Shown here: in pieces, positions 13,268 to 26,910 of the stretch
How positions within the stretch are numbered: position 1 is the stretch's first letter
How the letters are laid out: each line of letters opens with the position of its first letter
NCBI RefSeq assembly: GCF_004010195.1
Contig: NC_057719.1
Coordinates: forward strand, 45,502,658-45,566,657
Direction of reading: 5' to 3'
DNA: 64,000 nt
DNA from: Chiloscyllium plagiosum
Taxonomy: Eukaryota
The notes under the pieces: model-generated
The model's database searches: none
The model's input: the letters and a program-made list of their open reading frames with translations, nothing else
What the model was told of the DNA's origin: nothing
Made by a program: the position numbers and the translations under genes

Positions 13268-13984
13268 CCTGCGTCATGATGAAGCCAACCTCCCTAAGAT
13301 GCCACAAGCTGAAGACATGGTCTCTTTGAGCTCTGTCTTCAGCTCAAAGACAAGTAAATCGCTGCAGTGACTTTAAATGTTTTCTTTTAATTTACTTTTA
13401 TTTCCAACTCTAAGGTCCACCTCACCAGCATCTACACCAACACTCCCACCCCTTCCCACCAGCATCAGGACATTCAACCAATTTAACATTACAAAGCTTT
13501 GCTCAACTTTGACTTGCCACTTTAGCTCCAAATGCTTACTTTACCCTATCTCTCCTGCCTAAATATTAATCAGGTCAAAAGTTTTATTTTTCTGCACACT
13601 GGATTCTGGATGTTGGCACAGTGACTCTGACTGCATTTCTCATGCCACGATTATCGCAAATGTTTCCCTTTGAAGGATTGGAAGAAAGTGTTGTAAGCAT
13701 ATAGCTGGTCTGAACACTTGCCTAATATAAATACGGACATGCTGTGTTGATGACAGGAGCATGATGAATTGTCCCTTTAACTCAAGTATCCGTGAAAGCT
13801 TACAGAAACTCTTGAGGCTGGCAATGTAGATTGACAGAGTTGTCTACAGTTTAGCTGATGCTGCTAACCCTTTTCACTGATCAGTTCCTCTGGCAGCCAG
13901 ATCATGAGAGAAAAAGATGAGTGAAGTGGTATGAATAGTGGGAGTTACGTATCTAAACCAATTTCTGAAATTCCACAGCAATAT

Positions 13985-14182
13985 TTGTGAAGTCATTGAC
14001 CCTTTTCCTGCACTGAGTGGCACTTCTTGGGATGGTGAAGGTAATATTCCCTTTGCTACCTCCTTGGTACTGCCATAACTTACCCTTTTATAGGGCTTCC
14101 TACTCTCAGTGTGCAACAGTCTCGCACTACAGGCTTTCACTTCTATCAAAAGGACCCCCATAGCTGTAAATCTAGCCATCAT
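13985..14182 (-). pseudogene. Relic Myb/SANT-like domain, probably Harbinger/PIF transposon ORF1
   Basis: ARFTAMGVLLIEVKA...KEVAKGI, then after a frameshift IPRSATQCRKRVNDF, resembling RF..E...LL.EV / W.EVA / R...QCRK..NDL. Confidence 0.5.
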
Positions 14183-14522
14183 TCAAGCTGTTGTCAGCCT
14201 TTTAGGGTGCTAGACTTATAAACATTTTGGCCATACCTCAGCAGAAATTCCACTGTCTCTTTAATTTGTGACAGCATCGGTGTTTCTCAGCCTCCCAGAT
14301 ATGACACATCTATCATTGGGAATTTGCAGTTCCAAATCCAACCTGCAAAGAAAATGTTGGCCCAGGAAACACTGCTAATGGTTAGTGGCAGTATTACATG
14401 GTTGGACATTAGCGCTAGTGGAGAAGGAGGATGTTGACTTCTTAAGTGAGCCTGATCAGGTTTTATACAATCCCCATTTATCAGCAGGATTCACATGGTT
14501 GCTATCAGGAGTGACAGCCCAT

Positions 14523-15022
14523 NNNNNNNNNNNNNNNNNNNNNNNNNNNNNNNNNNNNNNNNNNNNNNNNNNNNNNNNNNNNNNNNNNNNNNNNNNNNNN
14601 NNNNNNNNNNNNNNNNNNNNNNNNNNNNNNNNNNNNNNNNNNNNNNNNNNNNNNNNNNNNNNNNNNNNNNNNNNNNNNNNNNNNNNNNNNNNNNNNNNNN
14701 NNNNNNNNNNNNNNNNNNNNNNNNNNNNNNNNNNNNNNNNNNNNNNNNNNNNNNNNNNNNNNNNNNNNNNNNNNNNNNNNNNNNNNNNNNNNNNNNNNNN
14801 NNNNNNNNNNNNNNNNNNNNNNNNNNNNNNNNNNNNNNNNNNNNNNNNNNNNNNNNNNNNNNNNNNNNNNNNNNNNNNNNNNNNNNNNNNNNNNNNNNNN
14901 NNNNNNNNNNNNNNNNNNNNNNNNNNNNNNNNNNNNNNNNNNNNNNNNNNNNNNNNNNNNNNNNNNNNNNNNNNNNNNNNNNNNNNNNNNNNNNNNNNNN
15001 NNNNNNNNNNNNNNNNNNNNNN
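14523..15022. other. Assembly gap (500 N)
   Basis: Run of N. Confidence 1.
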
Positions 15023-15925
15023 AGTAAACAGCTATGAGCAATTAACTATGTCACTCTACTATTGAAAACTCTATACCCCCTTTTAAAACCTCCTAAACAC
15101 GCATAAAGGCAAATTAAGACAAGCAAAAAATTCCTTGATTTTTTAGGTGGAGGGAAAAAAACTGGGAGTCAGGCCTCTTAATTTCTTTGCAGGAGGCACA
15201 GTGTGATACCAACTGCAAAGTCTCTTGGTTACTGCTTATGGGGAATGGTTTGCTGCAGTAGGAGGGAGAAAATAATTGGTCTTCTTCAGACCATATTAAT
15301 GACACTAGTAAGAAATCCACACGCAGAGCCTGAAAGGAGTTACAACAAAGCTATATAATCACCAAGACCATCAGAGAGCAGAGCAGAGCAGATCAGCTCC
15401 AAATTCACTTCAGATGCTTGAACAGATCCATTGATGCTCTGCAATATGCGCCTACTCATTTATGGCCGTTGTCTGTTGCGTCTTGCACAACCTCCAGAGA
15501 GAGAAAGCCAGAAGACAATCTGCTGGATGGAGTCCCATCCTTTGATGGTGATGAGTCTAATGGTGAGGAGGGTGATCTGTGCAAGTCAGCTGTTGCAAGC
15601 TGGACTGCAGAGAGTCGGGATACTGGGGCATATGAGATTCTCTAAAGAAGATTCCAATAACAACGTGATTCCAGTTTCATGACACCATTTGGTCATTGCC
15701 ACCTTTTTCCTGTTAGCTCCCTCTCATGATCAGCAGGGCCACATCTTCAAAGGGCAATGTAGAGTCACCAAGGGATGCTGAGCAGGAGACCCACATGAAC
15801 GTAAATCCTCTTAGCAGCATCTAGTTAATTTAATTCAACACCATCACATCAGAGAGATAATGTAACAAAACAGGTGGATCATCATGTGAAAATAGCAATT
15901 ATTTAAACATAAAATGAATAAACAT

Positions 15926-16023
15926 AAAGACCTTCATCTGGAGGCTCACTGAAGATGTTACCTAGCATGATAACAAAACGTCTCAAAACGAACCTTCCAG
16001 CTCAGCAAGCAAATCTACATCCA
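15926..16023 (+). mobile_element. Short Penelope pLTR fragment with decayed hammerhead
   Basis: ctgaaga-tgttacc-tagcat-gataac-aaaac-gtc at 15949-15982; TSD gaataaacat at 15916-15925 and 16024-16033. Confidence 0.7.
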
Positions 16024-17971
16024 GAATAAACATTTTTCATAGCTCTCAAGTATGAAAATCATTCATTTGAACTGATCTGTGACTAATGTCTTTAATTCTC
16101 TTATAGGAACTAGGTTGTTGTACTGTTTGTTTGTTTCCAGCTATGCTGGAGCCAGGCTATTGATCCAATTGTCTCTTTGGAAGTGGGTTAATAATGTCAG
16201 CACAGTGTCGGCAGATCTGTCTGTCACCATGGCACTCTAAGTCCCCTGTATCAATGGCAGTGGAGCAGAGCAAAGGCTTTCGACATTAGCATGCTCCAAG
16301 AGGGACCTGCTGATGGCATCTGCAGCTGCTCTTGCATGTGAAAGAGATGCCTTTGGTTTGTCGGGATAGAGTCAAATTCAAAAGTTTTTTTTTGTTTGCT
16401 TGGTATGATACTGTACAGAACCGAACTGCATTTGTGACAATGTTTATATACAAAGATACTTTTTATGAATGCAGTATATTTTTGAAATAAAAAAATGTAT
16501 AGCTGCTCAACCACTGCCTTGAGAGCCATTTGGTCCATTCTTCCTAGGTACCAGGATCTGGATATCACTCCAGTCTCCAAGCATCCTGTTGTCCTGAGTC
16601 TGGGCTCTGGAGTTCAGGGACAAGGTGATGTAGCTTAGGTCAGCACACACCCAATATCCCATCAATAGCTGCTGGGTCTTATTCTCCATTGTACTTGCCA
16701 GATTCTCAGTGAATGAAGCCCCGTGGTTTGAAGACAAGGCGATTGCAGGGCTCAGAGCCAGAATGGATCCCTTTACTGTCTATGCAACTTCTCTGGAACC
16801 TTTACTAAACCTCCATGTATCTTGCCTTGCACATTCAGCACCTATCACCTGATGGATGACTCCAGAGGCCCATCATCAGACAGAGGCTCAGCATTTAAGT
16901 TGGCTCCAGAAACCCCCTGAATACCTGAGGATTGAGCAACTGAGTCTCCAACAGCTTGCCATACAACTGTGATAAGCTCATTCCAGTGTTTGGGTCCTGG
17001 AGAGTCAACTGGCATATACCCCTGTGATGGCATGTATCTACGCTGGTCCTGGATGCACAGCTTGGATGTTATGCAGTACCCTCCGAGGCTTCAGATTCTC
17101 CTCAGAGGTTAATATTGCTACCTCATGATCAGGGGCTACAGCTGACAATGTTTATCCTGTGGGGGGAGGAAAACAAGGAGAATAAAGATGAGACGTATCA
17201 ACATCATTCGAGGTGAGTTAGGAGGGCACACATTTTCAAAACATGAACTAACACCATCAGGAGATGATAGCCACTGTTTGAATTTTAGGGCCTTCAACAT
17301 AAGCACATACTTTCCCCCGGTAACCTGTTAGTGCTGCTATTATTCCAATAAGTGAAAGGAATTCAAAGTTAAAATTTTCAGTGTTGAGGGCATGAATTCT
17401 GCTGCAGCTGCTACAGTCTCACAACAATCTCTCCCTTTAAAAGGATGGTTGTGATTGACTTCAGTTTACAGCCTGCCACAGCTTTCACAGCTGATTGGGC
17501 ACACTGCCCTCCTTTGCTCACTGCTGTTGGCCAAATTCCTATCAGGCAACCATCAATTAACCGCACATAGCTTTAGCCATCAACTTTAGATGGTGGGGTT
17601 GGAGTTGGCAATCCATGCAGTTGCAGGTTACACTCCTGCCCACACTGAGCCAATAAAATTCAACTCATGAGTCAAGAATGACAAGGACACATCTACATAG
17701 ATGTACTGACTGAAGCATTAAGGAAAGTAAATCATTCAGAAGATTGAAGGAAGTGACTTTCACACATGATGAGGGGGTCAATGGGAGTGGAGGTATGGGT
17801 TTTTTTTGTCATTGAAGACGAGAAACCTGATCCAAATCCATCTGTTACAATGAAATTTAGCTGTCCATCTTTGTACAATGGGCAGTTAATCTGCTTCCTG
17901 GGCCATGCAGGTAATTTACACCCTTCAGATGCAACTCTGTCCTATTTATCACCTAAGCACATACGAGCATC

Positions 17972-18091
17972 CAGGGCTTATGCCCGAAACGTCGATTCTC
18001 CTGTTCCCTGGATGCTGCCTGACCTGCTGCGCTGTTCCAGCAACACATTTTCAGCTCTGATCTCCAGCATCTGCAGACCTCACTTTCTCCT
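17972..18091 (+). mobile_element. 5'-truncated pLTR-derived element
   Basis: gggcttatgcccgaaacgtcgattctcctg..., near-identical to the 51430-51510 family. Confidence 0.8.
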
Positions 18092-18869
18092 CAGAGACAT
18101 TAAGGACCCCAAGCAAAACTGCAGTCAATAGGTATTGGGGTAAACTCTCCACTGGTTGGAGTCATATGTTGCACAAAGGAAGATGGCTGTGACTCTTGAT
18201 AGTCAATCATCTCAGCTCCATGGTATCAGGGCAGGGGTTCCTCAGCGTAGTATCTGTCTTGGATCACAGGGTGTTTCCAAGCAGTTCTTTTCGGATTCGG
18301 TAAAATGTAATTAAGGGAAGACTTGACAGCAGCAATTTACTTAAATATGAACGTATATTGAGTAATAATAAAATATGGAAAAGGAAGGAAAAATAAAATA
18401 TTGAACTATGACTGTCTATTAAGTAATAAATGAAGATGAAAAAGGAAAGAAAAAAAACCAATGAGCCTAATGCTCCCCGCACATTAGGGACCCCTTGATC
18501 AACAGCTTGTCTAGAGGCTTAGATTTCTTTCTGGCACTGTGTGCAATGCCAGTCTGAGGTGAAGTCCAATGATTTAAATGGAAGTCTCACTCTTATACAG
18601 TGTAACAAACAGCAAGACACAGAAATGGCTACAGAAGACAAAACTGCTAGCTAATACAGATAAGGTAGCCACAGAAAACCTAGCTGCAGCTGGTGTCTTC
18701 AGCCCGTAAAGGAATGTTCATAGAACTCATTCAAGGTCATGCAGTTTTCTGGCAAATTTTAACCCTTCAGACCACTCTATACAATCTATGTTCTCATTCA
18801 GCTGTTGGTTGTTATCATTAACCTTTACCCCTTCAGCCCATTCTATACAGTATCCAAGGCACAACACAT

Positions 18870-19845
18870 CGTCAACTGCTTCATCAATGACCATTACTCC
18901 ATCATTAGGTGTGAAGCAAGAATGTTCATCAATGATTGCACAATATTCAATGCTGATATTTATCTTTTATTGGTATTAAAACAATCTGTGTCCAAATACA
19001 GCAAGACATGGACAACCTTCAGGCTTGGACGGATAAGTAGCAATATTTATTACACTGCTGCCATGCAATGACCATGTCTAATAACAGAAAATGTTATCGT
19101 TATCTCTTGACATTCAGCAGCATTACCATTGTTAATTTTCTTTCATTTGTTCATGGGATGAAGGCATCACTGGTTAGATAAGTATTTATAGCCCATCCCT
19201 AAATCCCCAGGAGAATGTGGTGATGAGTTCTAATATTAACATCCTGATAGTTACAATTGATCAGAAATTGAGCTGGACTAGCCACATAAATACTGTGGCT
19301 ATAAAAGCAGCCAGAGGCTGGGAATTCTGTGGTAACTCATTTCTAGTTCCTCAAAACCTATCCACCATCAGCAATGTACTGTTCAGGAGTGTGATGTGAT
19401 GAGTGTAATCTCAACAGCAATCGTGATGTTCACCAGCACCGAGGAAAATGCAGCCAGCTTTATTGGCACAATGCGTCCAATACTCACTTCCTTTACCATC
19501 AACACACATCAACATTTGTGTGTGTGCCATCTAAAAGATACACTTCAAGTCTCCTGTGACAGTATTTTGCAAACCTTGTGAACTTTATCATCTCGAAGGA
19601 CAATGGCAGCAGATGGGAGCACCATCACCGACAAATTCCCCTCCAAGCCACTGACTAACCTGACTTGAATGATATCACTGTTCCTTCCATGTAAGTCAAA
19701 ATCCTGGAACTCGTTCCCTCTGAACACTGTGGGTGTACCTACACTACACAGCAGCAGTTCAAGAAGGCAGCTCACCACCAACTTTTTACATGCAAGTACA
19801 ATAACACTGGCCTAGCCAGAAACACCCAGAACCTATGATTGAATA
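18870..19845 (+). mobile_element. Family B LINE 3' part, degenerate; upstream piece at about 18125-18255
   Basis: Aligns by eye to 22190-23070. Confidence 0.7.
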
Positions 19846-20094
19846 TGAAAACATCTTAATTATGGTCTTCTGATGCATCTTGGAGAAACCTCTCAGCATG
19901 CCCCACATAATTAATGCACTGAAGCCCTTCTATTTCATAATTTGTATTAGTGGACATGCAGAGCCATTACATTACATGGTGCCTTGGAGTTTGGATGGAA
20001 ATTGTACACAGTTCAAATGCCTATCCATATTTTTGTTGGATAATTACTTTGGGACAATTTGTTACAGTAAAGGTGATTTACAAATACAATGTCC

Positions 20095-23075
20095 TCACTA
20101 ATGTTTTTCAGGGAAGGAGATCTGCCATCATCCTCACCTGGTCTGGCCTGCCTGTGACTCCAGCAATGTGGTTGATTCTTAACTGCCCTCTAAAATGGCC
20201 TAGCAAGCCATTCAGTTGTATCAATCACTACATAGTCTCAAAGAAACTGAAAAGACAACCTAGTATCAATCTGGAAATGACAATGGCAGAAACAGCCTGT
20301 TTGGAGTTATGTTCAACATGGACTGGTTGGGCTGAAGGATCTGTTCCTGTGCTGTATGACTCTATGACCTTGCAAAGCAGTCCTTACTAACACCTGGAGG
20401 CTAGGGCCAAAATTAGAAGAACTGTCTCACAGACTAGTCAAGCAACTACCTGACAAAGTGAGAATCATGGAACCATACCTTTCAGGCAATGTCCTAGACA
20501 CCAACATCACCATCCCTGTGCCAGCGGCAGGACAGACACAGCAAAGGTGATAGCACAGGACGGAATTGCCTTCAGAGTCCTTAACATTGACTTCGGTTCC
20601 CATGAAGTCTCATGGTTTCAGGTTAAATGTGTGCAAGAAAATCTTTTACTGATTATCATGTAACATCCTCCCTCAGTTGATGAAACAGCACTCCTCCACG
20701 TAGAACAACACTTGGAGGAAGCACTGAGGGCGCCAAGGACACAAAGTGTACCCTGGGTGAGGATTTCAAATCTACCACCTAGAGTGGCTCGACAGCAACA
20801 CTACTGATCAAGCTGGTCAGGTCCTAAAGGATGTAACTGCTAGACTGGGTGGTGAAGAAACCAACAAGAGTGAAAAGCATACTTGACCTCTTGCTGGCTG
20901 CAAGAATGACCACTGCATAGTCCTTGTGGAGACAAAGTCCCACCTTCGCATTGACAATGTCCTCCATTGTGTTGCGTGATACTATCACTGTACTAAATGG
21001 ACAGGCTTCGAACAGATCTAGCAACTCAAGCCTGAGCACCCATCAGGCAAAGTGGGACATCAACTGTAGCAGAATTGTAATCCATCCCAATCTGCAACCC
21101 CATGGCCTGGTATATCCCCCACTTAACCATCACGCTAGAGGATCAAACCTGGTTCAATGGAGAATGCAGAACAGCATACCAAGATCATTACCGGGCATAC
21201 CTGAAAATGAAGTGTCAACCTGGTGAAGCTACCAAACAGGAATTTCTTAATGCCAAACAGCATAAGCAGCAAGTGATAGACAGCTAAGCTATCCCACAAT
21301 CAATGGATCAGATCTAAGCTCTGCAGTTCTGCCATATCCAGTGGTGAATGTTGGTGGACAATTAAACAATTCATTGGAGAAGGAGGCTCCTCATATATCC
21401 CCATCCTCAATGAGGGAAGAGCCCAGCACATCAATGCAAAAGGTAAGGATTAAGCATTCACAGCAATCTTCTAGAAATGCGGAGCGGATAATCCATCCCG
21501 GCCTCCTCCAGCAGTCTCCAGCATTATAAATACCAGTCTTCAGCCAATTTGATTCACTCCACATGATATCAAGAAACCATTGGAGGCACTGGATACTGCA
21601 AATGCTATGGGCCCTGACAGTATTCTGGCAAAAGAATGGGAGACTTGAGCTCCAGAACTTGCCACTTCCCTAGCCAAGCTTTCCATCACAGTTACAACAC
21701 TGGCATCTATCCAGCAATGTAGAAAATTGCCCAAGTATGCCCTGTACACAAAGAAACCTCAGGACAAATCTAACCTGGCTGATTACCACCCCATCAGTTT
21801 ACTCTCAATCATTAGTAAAGTGATGGAAGGTGTCATCAACAATTCTATCAAGCAGCACTTGCTCAGCAATAACCTGCTCAGTGACGCTCAGTTTGAGCTC
21901 AACCAGGGCCACTCAGCTGTGGACCTCACTACAGCCTTGGTTCAAACATGGACAAAAGAGTTGAATTCCAGAAGTGAGGTGAGAGTGACAGCCCATGATC
22001 TCAAAGCTGCATTTGACCAAGGGTGGCATCAAAAAGCAGAGGAAAACTGGAATCAGTGGTATGGAGGGGGCAAATCTCCACTGATTGGAGCCATGGCTGA
22101 TGATGGTCGTGGTGTCAGAGGTCAGTTATCTCAGCTCCAGGACATCTCTACAGGAATTCCTCAGGGCAGTGACCTAGGCCCAAACATCTTCACTGCTTCA
22201 TCAATTACCTTGCCTCCATCATAAGGTTAGAAGTGAGGATGTTCCCTGATGATTGCACAATGTTCAGCACCATTTGCAACTCAGATACTGAAGCAGTCCA
22301 TGTTCAAATGCAATAAGATCTGGACAATATCCAGGCTTGGGCTGACAAGTGTCAAGTAACATTCACACCACACAAATGCTAGGCAATGACCAGCTCCAAT
22401 CTAACCAGCTTGGCATTCAGTGGTATTACCATCACTGAATCTCCCACTATCAACATTCTTGGGATTACCATTGACCAGAAACTCTCCTGGACTCACCACA
22501 TAAACACAGTGGAGTGGTTACAAGAGCAGGTCAGAATCACCTGTCTCCCCAAAGCCTATCCATCATCTACAAGGCACAAGTCAGGAATGCGATAGGATAC
22601 TCCCCACCTGCCTGGACAACATTAAAAATGTTTGACACCATCCAGGACAAGGCAGCCCACTTGATTGGCACTAAATCCACAAACATACACTCCATCCACC
22701 ACAGAAGCTCAGTGGCAGCAGTGTGTGCATCTACAAATGCACTGCAAAAATTCAACAAAGATCCTTAAACAGCAACTTCCAAGCTCATAACCACTTCCAT
22801 GTAGAAGGACAAGGGCAACAGGTACATGGGAACACCACCACCCTCCAAACCACTCACCATCTTGACTAGGAAATATATCTCAGTTCCATTCTTTCACTGT
22901 CGCTGGGTCAAAATCCTGGAATTCACTCACAAAGGACATTGTAGGTCAACCTACAGCATGTGGACTGTGGCAGTTCAAGAAAGCAGCTCTCCACCACCTT
23001 CTCAAGGGCAGCAAAGGATGGCCAATAAAAATGCCAGGCAGCCAGCGATATTCACATCCCACAAGTGAATGTAAA
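20095..23075 (+). mobile_element. Family B LINE (CR1/L2 group), near full length, decayed EN-RT ORF
   Basis: EN start LLTNTWRLGPKLEELSHRLVKQLPD at about 20380; RT motifs YHPISLLSIISKVME, DLKAAFD, GIPQGS, FPDD; A-rich 3' tail. A small CR1 tail is inserted at about 20300-20368. Confidence 0.85.
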
Positions 23076-23649
23076 ACAAAATGGAAAAGGGAAGGACTCA
23101 AATTTGTAATTACAGTTTTTAGATATAATCGTTGTCGTAGTAGTGTTAAGGGGATCAGTCATTTAATGTACTTGCAGTACAAAAGGGTTAATAATTTCAC
23201 TTAGTTATGCTGGTTCAGGGACTTTGCTAACACTTTATTATTACACTATCTTTATCAATTGATCTCCAGACTCCAGTAGTTGGTGCTCCTAATATTACAT
23301 TCTGGTACACATCACAAATAGGGAGAAATCAGCAGAGACAGAGACAGGAAAGGGGAACTTATAAACTGACAGTTGCAGTGAAGCTATTTGAAAAAGAAAT
23401 ATGAAAGGGTCGTGTAAAAAATAACTTGGCACAACCCATTGAATCACAAATCAGCAACTTGAAACACTTCCTGCCTCTCAAAGGTGATGTGTAGCTGGTA
23501 CACATTCCTTCTTTGTGTGATACATTTCGTAAATCAGCATCCCATTCTGGCCTCTCCTATCTATCTATCCATTGTCTGCTTTCTGCTCTGCAACCTGTTC
23601 ATTTTTTCCTCTCATCTTTTAGCTCCCCTTGTCTCCACTCTTGCTTCCA

Positions 23650-24745
23650 TCAACAGCCACAGAATTGTAAGCCACCACAATCTGTTTGGCCTGGCATATC
23701 CATCACTCTACCATTATCATTAAAACTGAAGACCAACTCTGGTACAATGAGAACCATAGAGGAGAATGCCAGGAGTGGCATCAACTATGCTATAAGGGAG
23801 CTGCCAATCTGGTGAAGCTACAACACAGAACAACAAACATGCAAAATAGCAGAAGTGGCTTGTTAAAAGTAATCTCACACCAATGGATCAGTTCAAAGCT
23901 GTACAGTCCTATGATAGCCAGTTGCAAATAGTTGTGAACAATTTAATAACTCATGGGAGACGGAAGATCCATGAATATTCTCATCATCAATGATGGAGGA
24001 GCCCAGCATGGGAGTGCAGAAGACAAAACTAAAATGCTTGTGACCATCTTCAGCCAACAGTGACAAGCATATGACTCAGCTTATTTCTGAGGTCTCTAAT
24101 ATGCCACATGCCTGTCTTCAGCCAGTTGGTTCTCTCCATGTGATAAAGAAATGGCTGAGTGTGTGATATACAGGAAAGGTGAGAGACCCCCAAAAAGATG
24201 TCAATTATAGTGCTGAAGACTTGGGCTTTAGATCTAACTGTGCCTCTAGACAAACTATTCAAATTATGTAAACATTTACATCTATCTAACAATATGGAAA
24301 AGTGTCAAGATACATGCCCTCCATGCAAAAGGAGAACAAAGAATATCTAGCCAATTACTGCATTATCAGTTAACACTCAACCCACAGCAAAGTGATGAAA
24401 AGTATTGTCAACAGTTTTATACAGTGATACTTATTATTAATTAGCTGATTGTTGCTCGTTTTGTATTTCAGCAAGACTACTCTGCTCCAGCCCTTAATGC
24501 GGCCTTATTTCCAACATGGACAAGAGAGCAGAGTTCTAGTGGTGAGTTGAGAATGATTGCTTTCAACATCTATGCCGTATCTGATGGAGTATGGCACCAA
24601 TGAGTGTCCGATTAAAATTGAAGCTATTGGGAGTTAGGGGAAAGCCTTTCACTGGTTGGAGTCATAACTAGAACAATGGAAGATGGTTATGGCTTTTGGA
24701 GGCCATCATCTCAGCCCAGGTCATTGCAACAGGTGTTCCACAAGG
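23650..24745 (+). mobile_element. Older degenerate family B LINE fragment
   Basis: Similar to 21080-22160. Confidence 0.65.
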
Positions 24746-25107
24746 GACCAGCCCAATGCTGTATGGAGATTTCAGCTTCAACTGAGGCCATTGGGAGTCA
24801 GCAACAAGATAGATTGAGGCCCAGGATTGGAGGTACAATAAGTCAGCTTTAACTGAGCAGTGAGAAGTGAGTCAGCAACAGGATAAATTGGTTCAGGATT
24901 TTAAAAAGTGGATTTTATTCTGGAAGAAGGGATTAACTGAAAAACAGCAGAAATTAGTGAGAGTCAGGGGCAATCTAATAAAGTGATATAAGTAAGCAAA
25001 TGGGTTAAGGGAAGTAAAATCAATGTAAGGTTGGTAAACTAATGGTTTTCTAACATAACTTAATTTTTTTTTAAGAAGGGAGTAATGAAGGGACTTAGGG
25101 GAAGTCA

Positions 25108-26605
25108 TGGCAGCAGAGCTCGCATATGTGATATGCTCCTTCTGTGCTACGTGGAAAATCAGAAGCTTCGGTTGTGCCTGGTGACCACATGTGCAGGAAA
25201 TGCATCCAGCTGCAGCTACTGGCTAGTTGCATTTCAGAGCTGAAGCTGCAGGTGACTTCACTGTGGAACATCCACGATGCTGAGCAAGTCGTGGGTAGCA
25301 CACTCCGTGAGGTGGTCACACTGCAGGTACAGACTGAACACACAGAAAGGGCCAGACACAGTAGAAGAGGGCAAGTAATGCAGGAGTCCCTATGGCCATT
25401 CGCCCTTTCTAACAGATATATCATTTTGGATACTGCTCCAGGAGATGACTATGCAGAGGAAAGCAGTGGCATCCAAATTAATGGCACCATGGGTGGATGT
25501 TCTGCACAAAAGGGAAGGAAGAAAAACAGCAAGGCTATAGTGTTAGGAGATTCCATTGTAAAAGAGAACAGACAGGCATTTCTGCTGCTACAAAAGAGAC
25601 TTCAGGAAGATACAATGGTGTATTGTCTTTCTGGTGCCAGGATCAAGGAAATCACTGTAGAGCTGTAAGGCATTCTGAAGGCAGATAGGAAACAGAGAAT
25701 GATCATGATGGTGCACATTGGTACCAATGACTTAGATAGAAGATAGATGAGGTTCTGCAATTAGAATTTAGCAAGCTAGGAAATAGATTAAAAAACAGCA
25801 CCAAGAAAATAGTAATCTTGTCTGATGCCATATGCTCGTGAGTATAGATTAATCCAGAGGAATGTATGTTTGGAAAGATGGTGCAGGAAGGAGTGGTTCT
25901 GAGACAGTGGGATCATTTTTTTGGGGATGATGGGACATATACAAGGTGGATGGGTTACACCCGACGAATGAGAGCAGTATCCTTACTGGGTGGTTTGCTA
26001 ACGTGAGGGATCCAGATAGAATGTTCAGCAAGATGAATGGATAAAACTAGAGACTGGAAGTGAGTCAAGTAAGCATGCATATTATAGTCCTTTCAAGTCA
26101 CAAAGAAGTTTGTAAAAGTTGGATTTATTTACTTTAATGCTAAGGGTCTGATCAACAAGGCAGAGAGTTTGTTCACTAAATAAACATGGGGATTTAAAGT
26201 TATTGCTGTGACAGAGAGGGGCTGGATTGGCAGCTCAATATTTCAGGATATGGAATCTTCAGGTGAGGTAGTGAAGGAGGTAAAAGAGGAATAATGATCA
26301 GCTGTAAAAAAAGGATGCTATTTTGGAAGGCTGATCAAAAGAAGCCATATGGGTAGAATGTAAAAACCAAAAAGGAGAAATCACACTTCTGGAAGTTACT
26401 AAAGGACCCTTTAACAGTCCAAAATAAAGAAGAGCAGCTTTGTAGGCTAACTACAGAGAAGTGTAAAAGTAATGGGATAGTTATAATAATGGAATAGTTA
26501 TAGTAATGGGATAGTTATAGTAGGGATTTCAACTTCCCCAAAATTAACTGGGGTAGTCATAATGTAAAAGATTTAGAGCAAGCAGAATTCTTAAAATGCA
26601 GCCAG
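25108..26605 (+). mobile_element. CR1 LINE 5' half: ORF1 (zinc finger, leucine zipper, SGNH esterase) and start of ORF2
   Basis: HMCRKCIQLQLL...LSNRY...AIVLGDSIV...CLSGARI...VHIGTND; degraded EN with GDFNFP. Confidence 0.8.
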
Positions 26606-26610
26606 GAGAG

Positions 26611-26910
26611 TTTTTTTTGTCTTTATTCATTTGTGGGATGAGGGCATCACTGGCTATGCAACATTTATTGCACATCCCTAATTGCCAGAGGGCAGTTCAG
26701 CATTAACTATATTGCTGTGGGTCTGGAGTCACATATAGGACAGACCAGCTCAGGGTGGCAGTTTTCTTTACTAAATTACATTAGTGAATCAGATGGGTTT
26801 TATTGAATTCAAATTCCACATCTAACATTGCAGGATTTGAACGCAGGTCTCCAGAATGTTATCTGGGTCTCTGGATTAACAGTCCAGTGATAATACCACT
26901 AGGCCTCCCT
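26611..26910 (-). mobile_element. tRNA-derived SINE sharing middle body and 3' tail with family B LINE
   Basis: A-box-like ggcctagtgg (26896-26905) and B-box gttcaaatcc (26833-26842). Middle gtgactccagacccacagcaat matches 20150-20190; tail matches 23010-23070; A-rich end. Confidence 0.75.

Noticed and set aside
14385..15065. Long ORFs spanning N runs (also near 42-42.7 kb and 50.6-51.4 kb)
   Set aside because: Artefacts of assembly gaps.
26833..26905. tRNA gene
   Set aside because: A- and B-box-like motifs sit in a SINE head; no intact cloverleaf.
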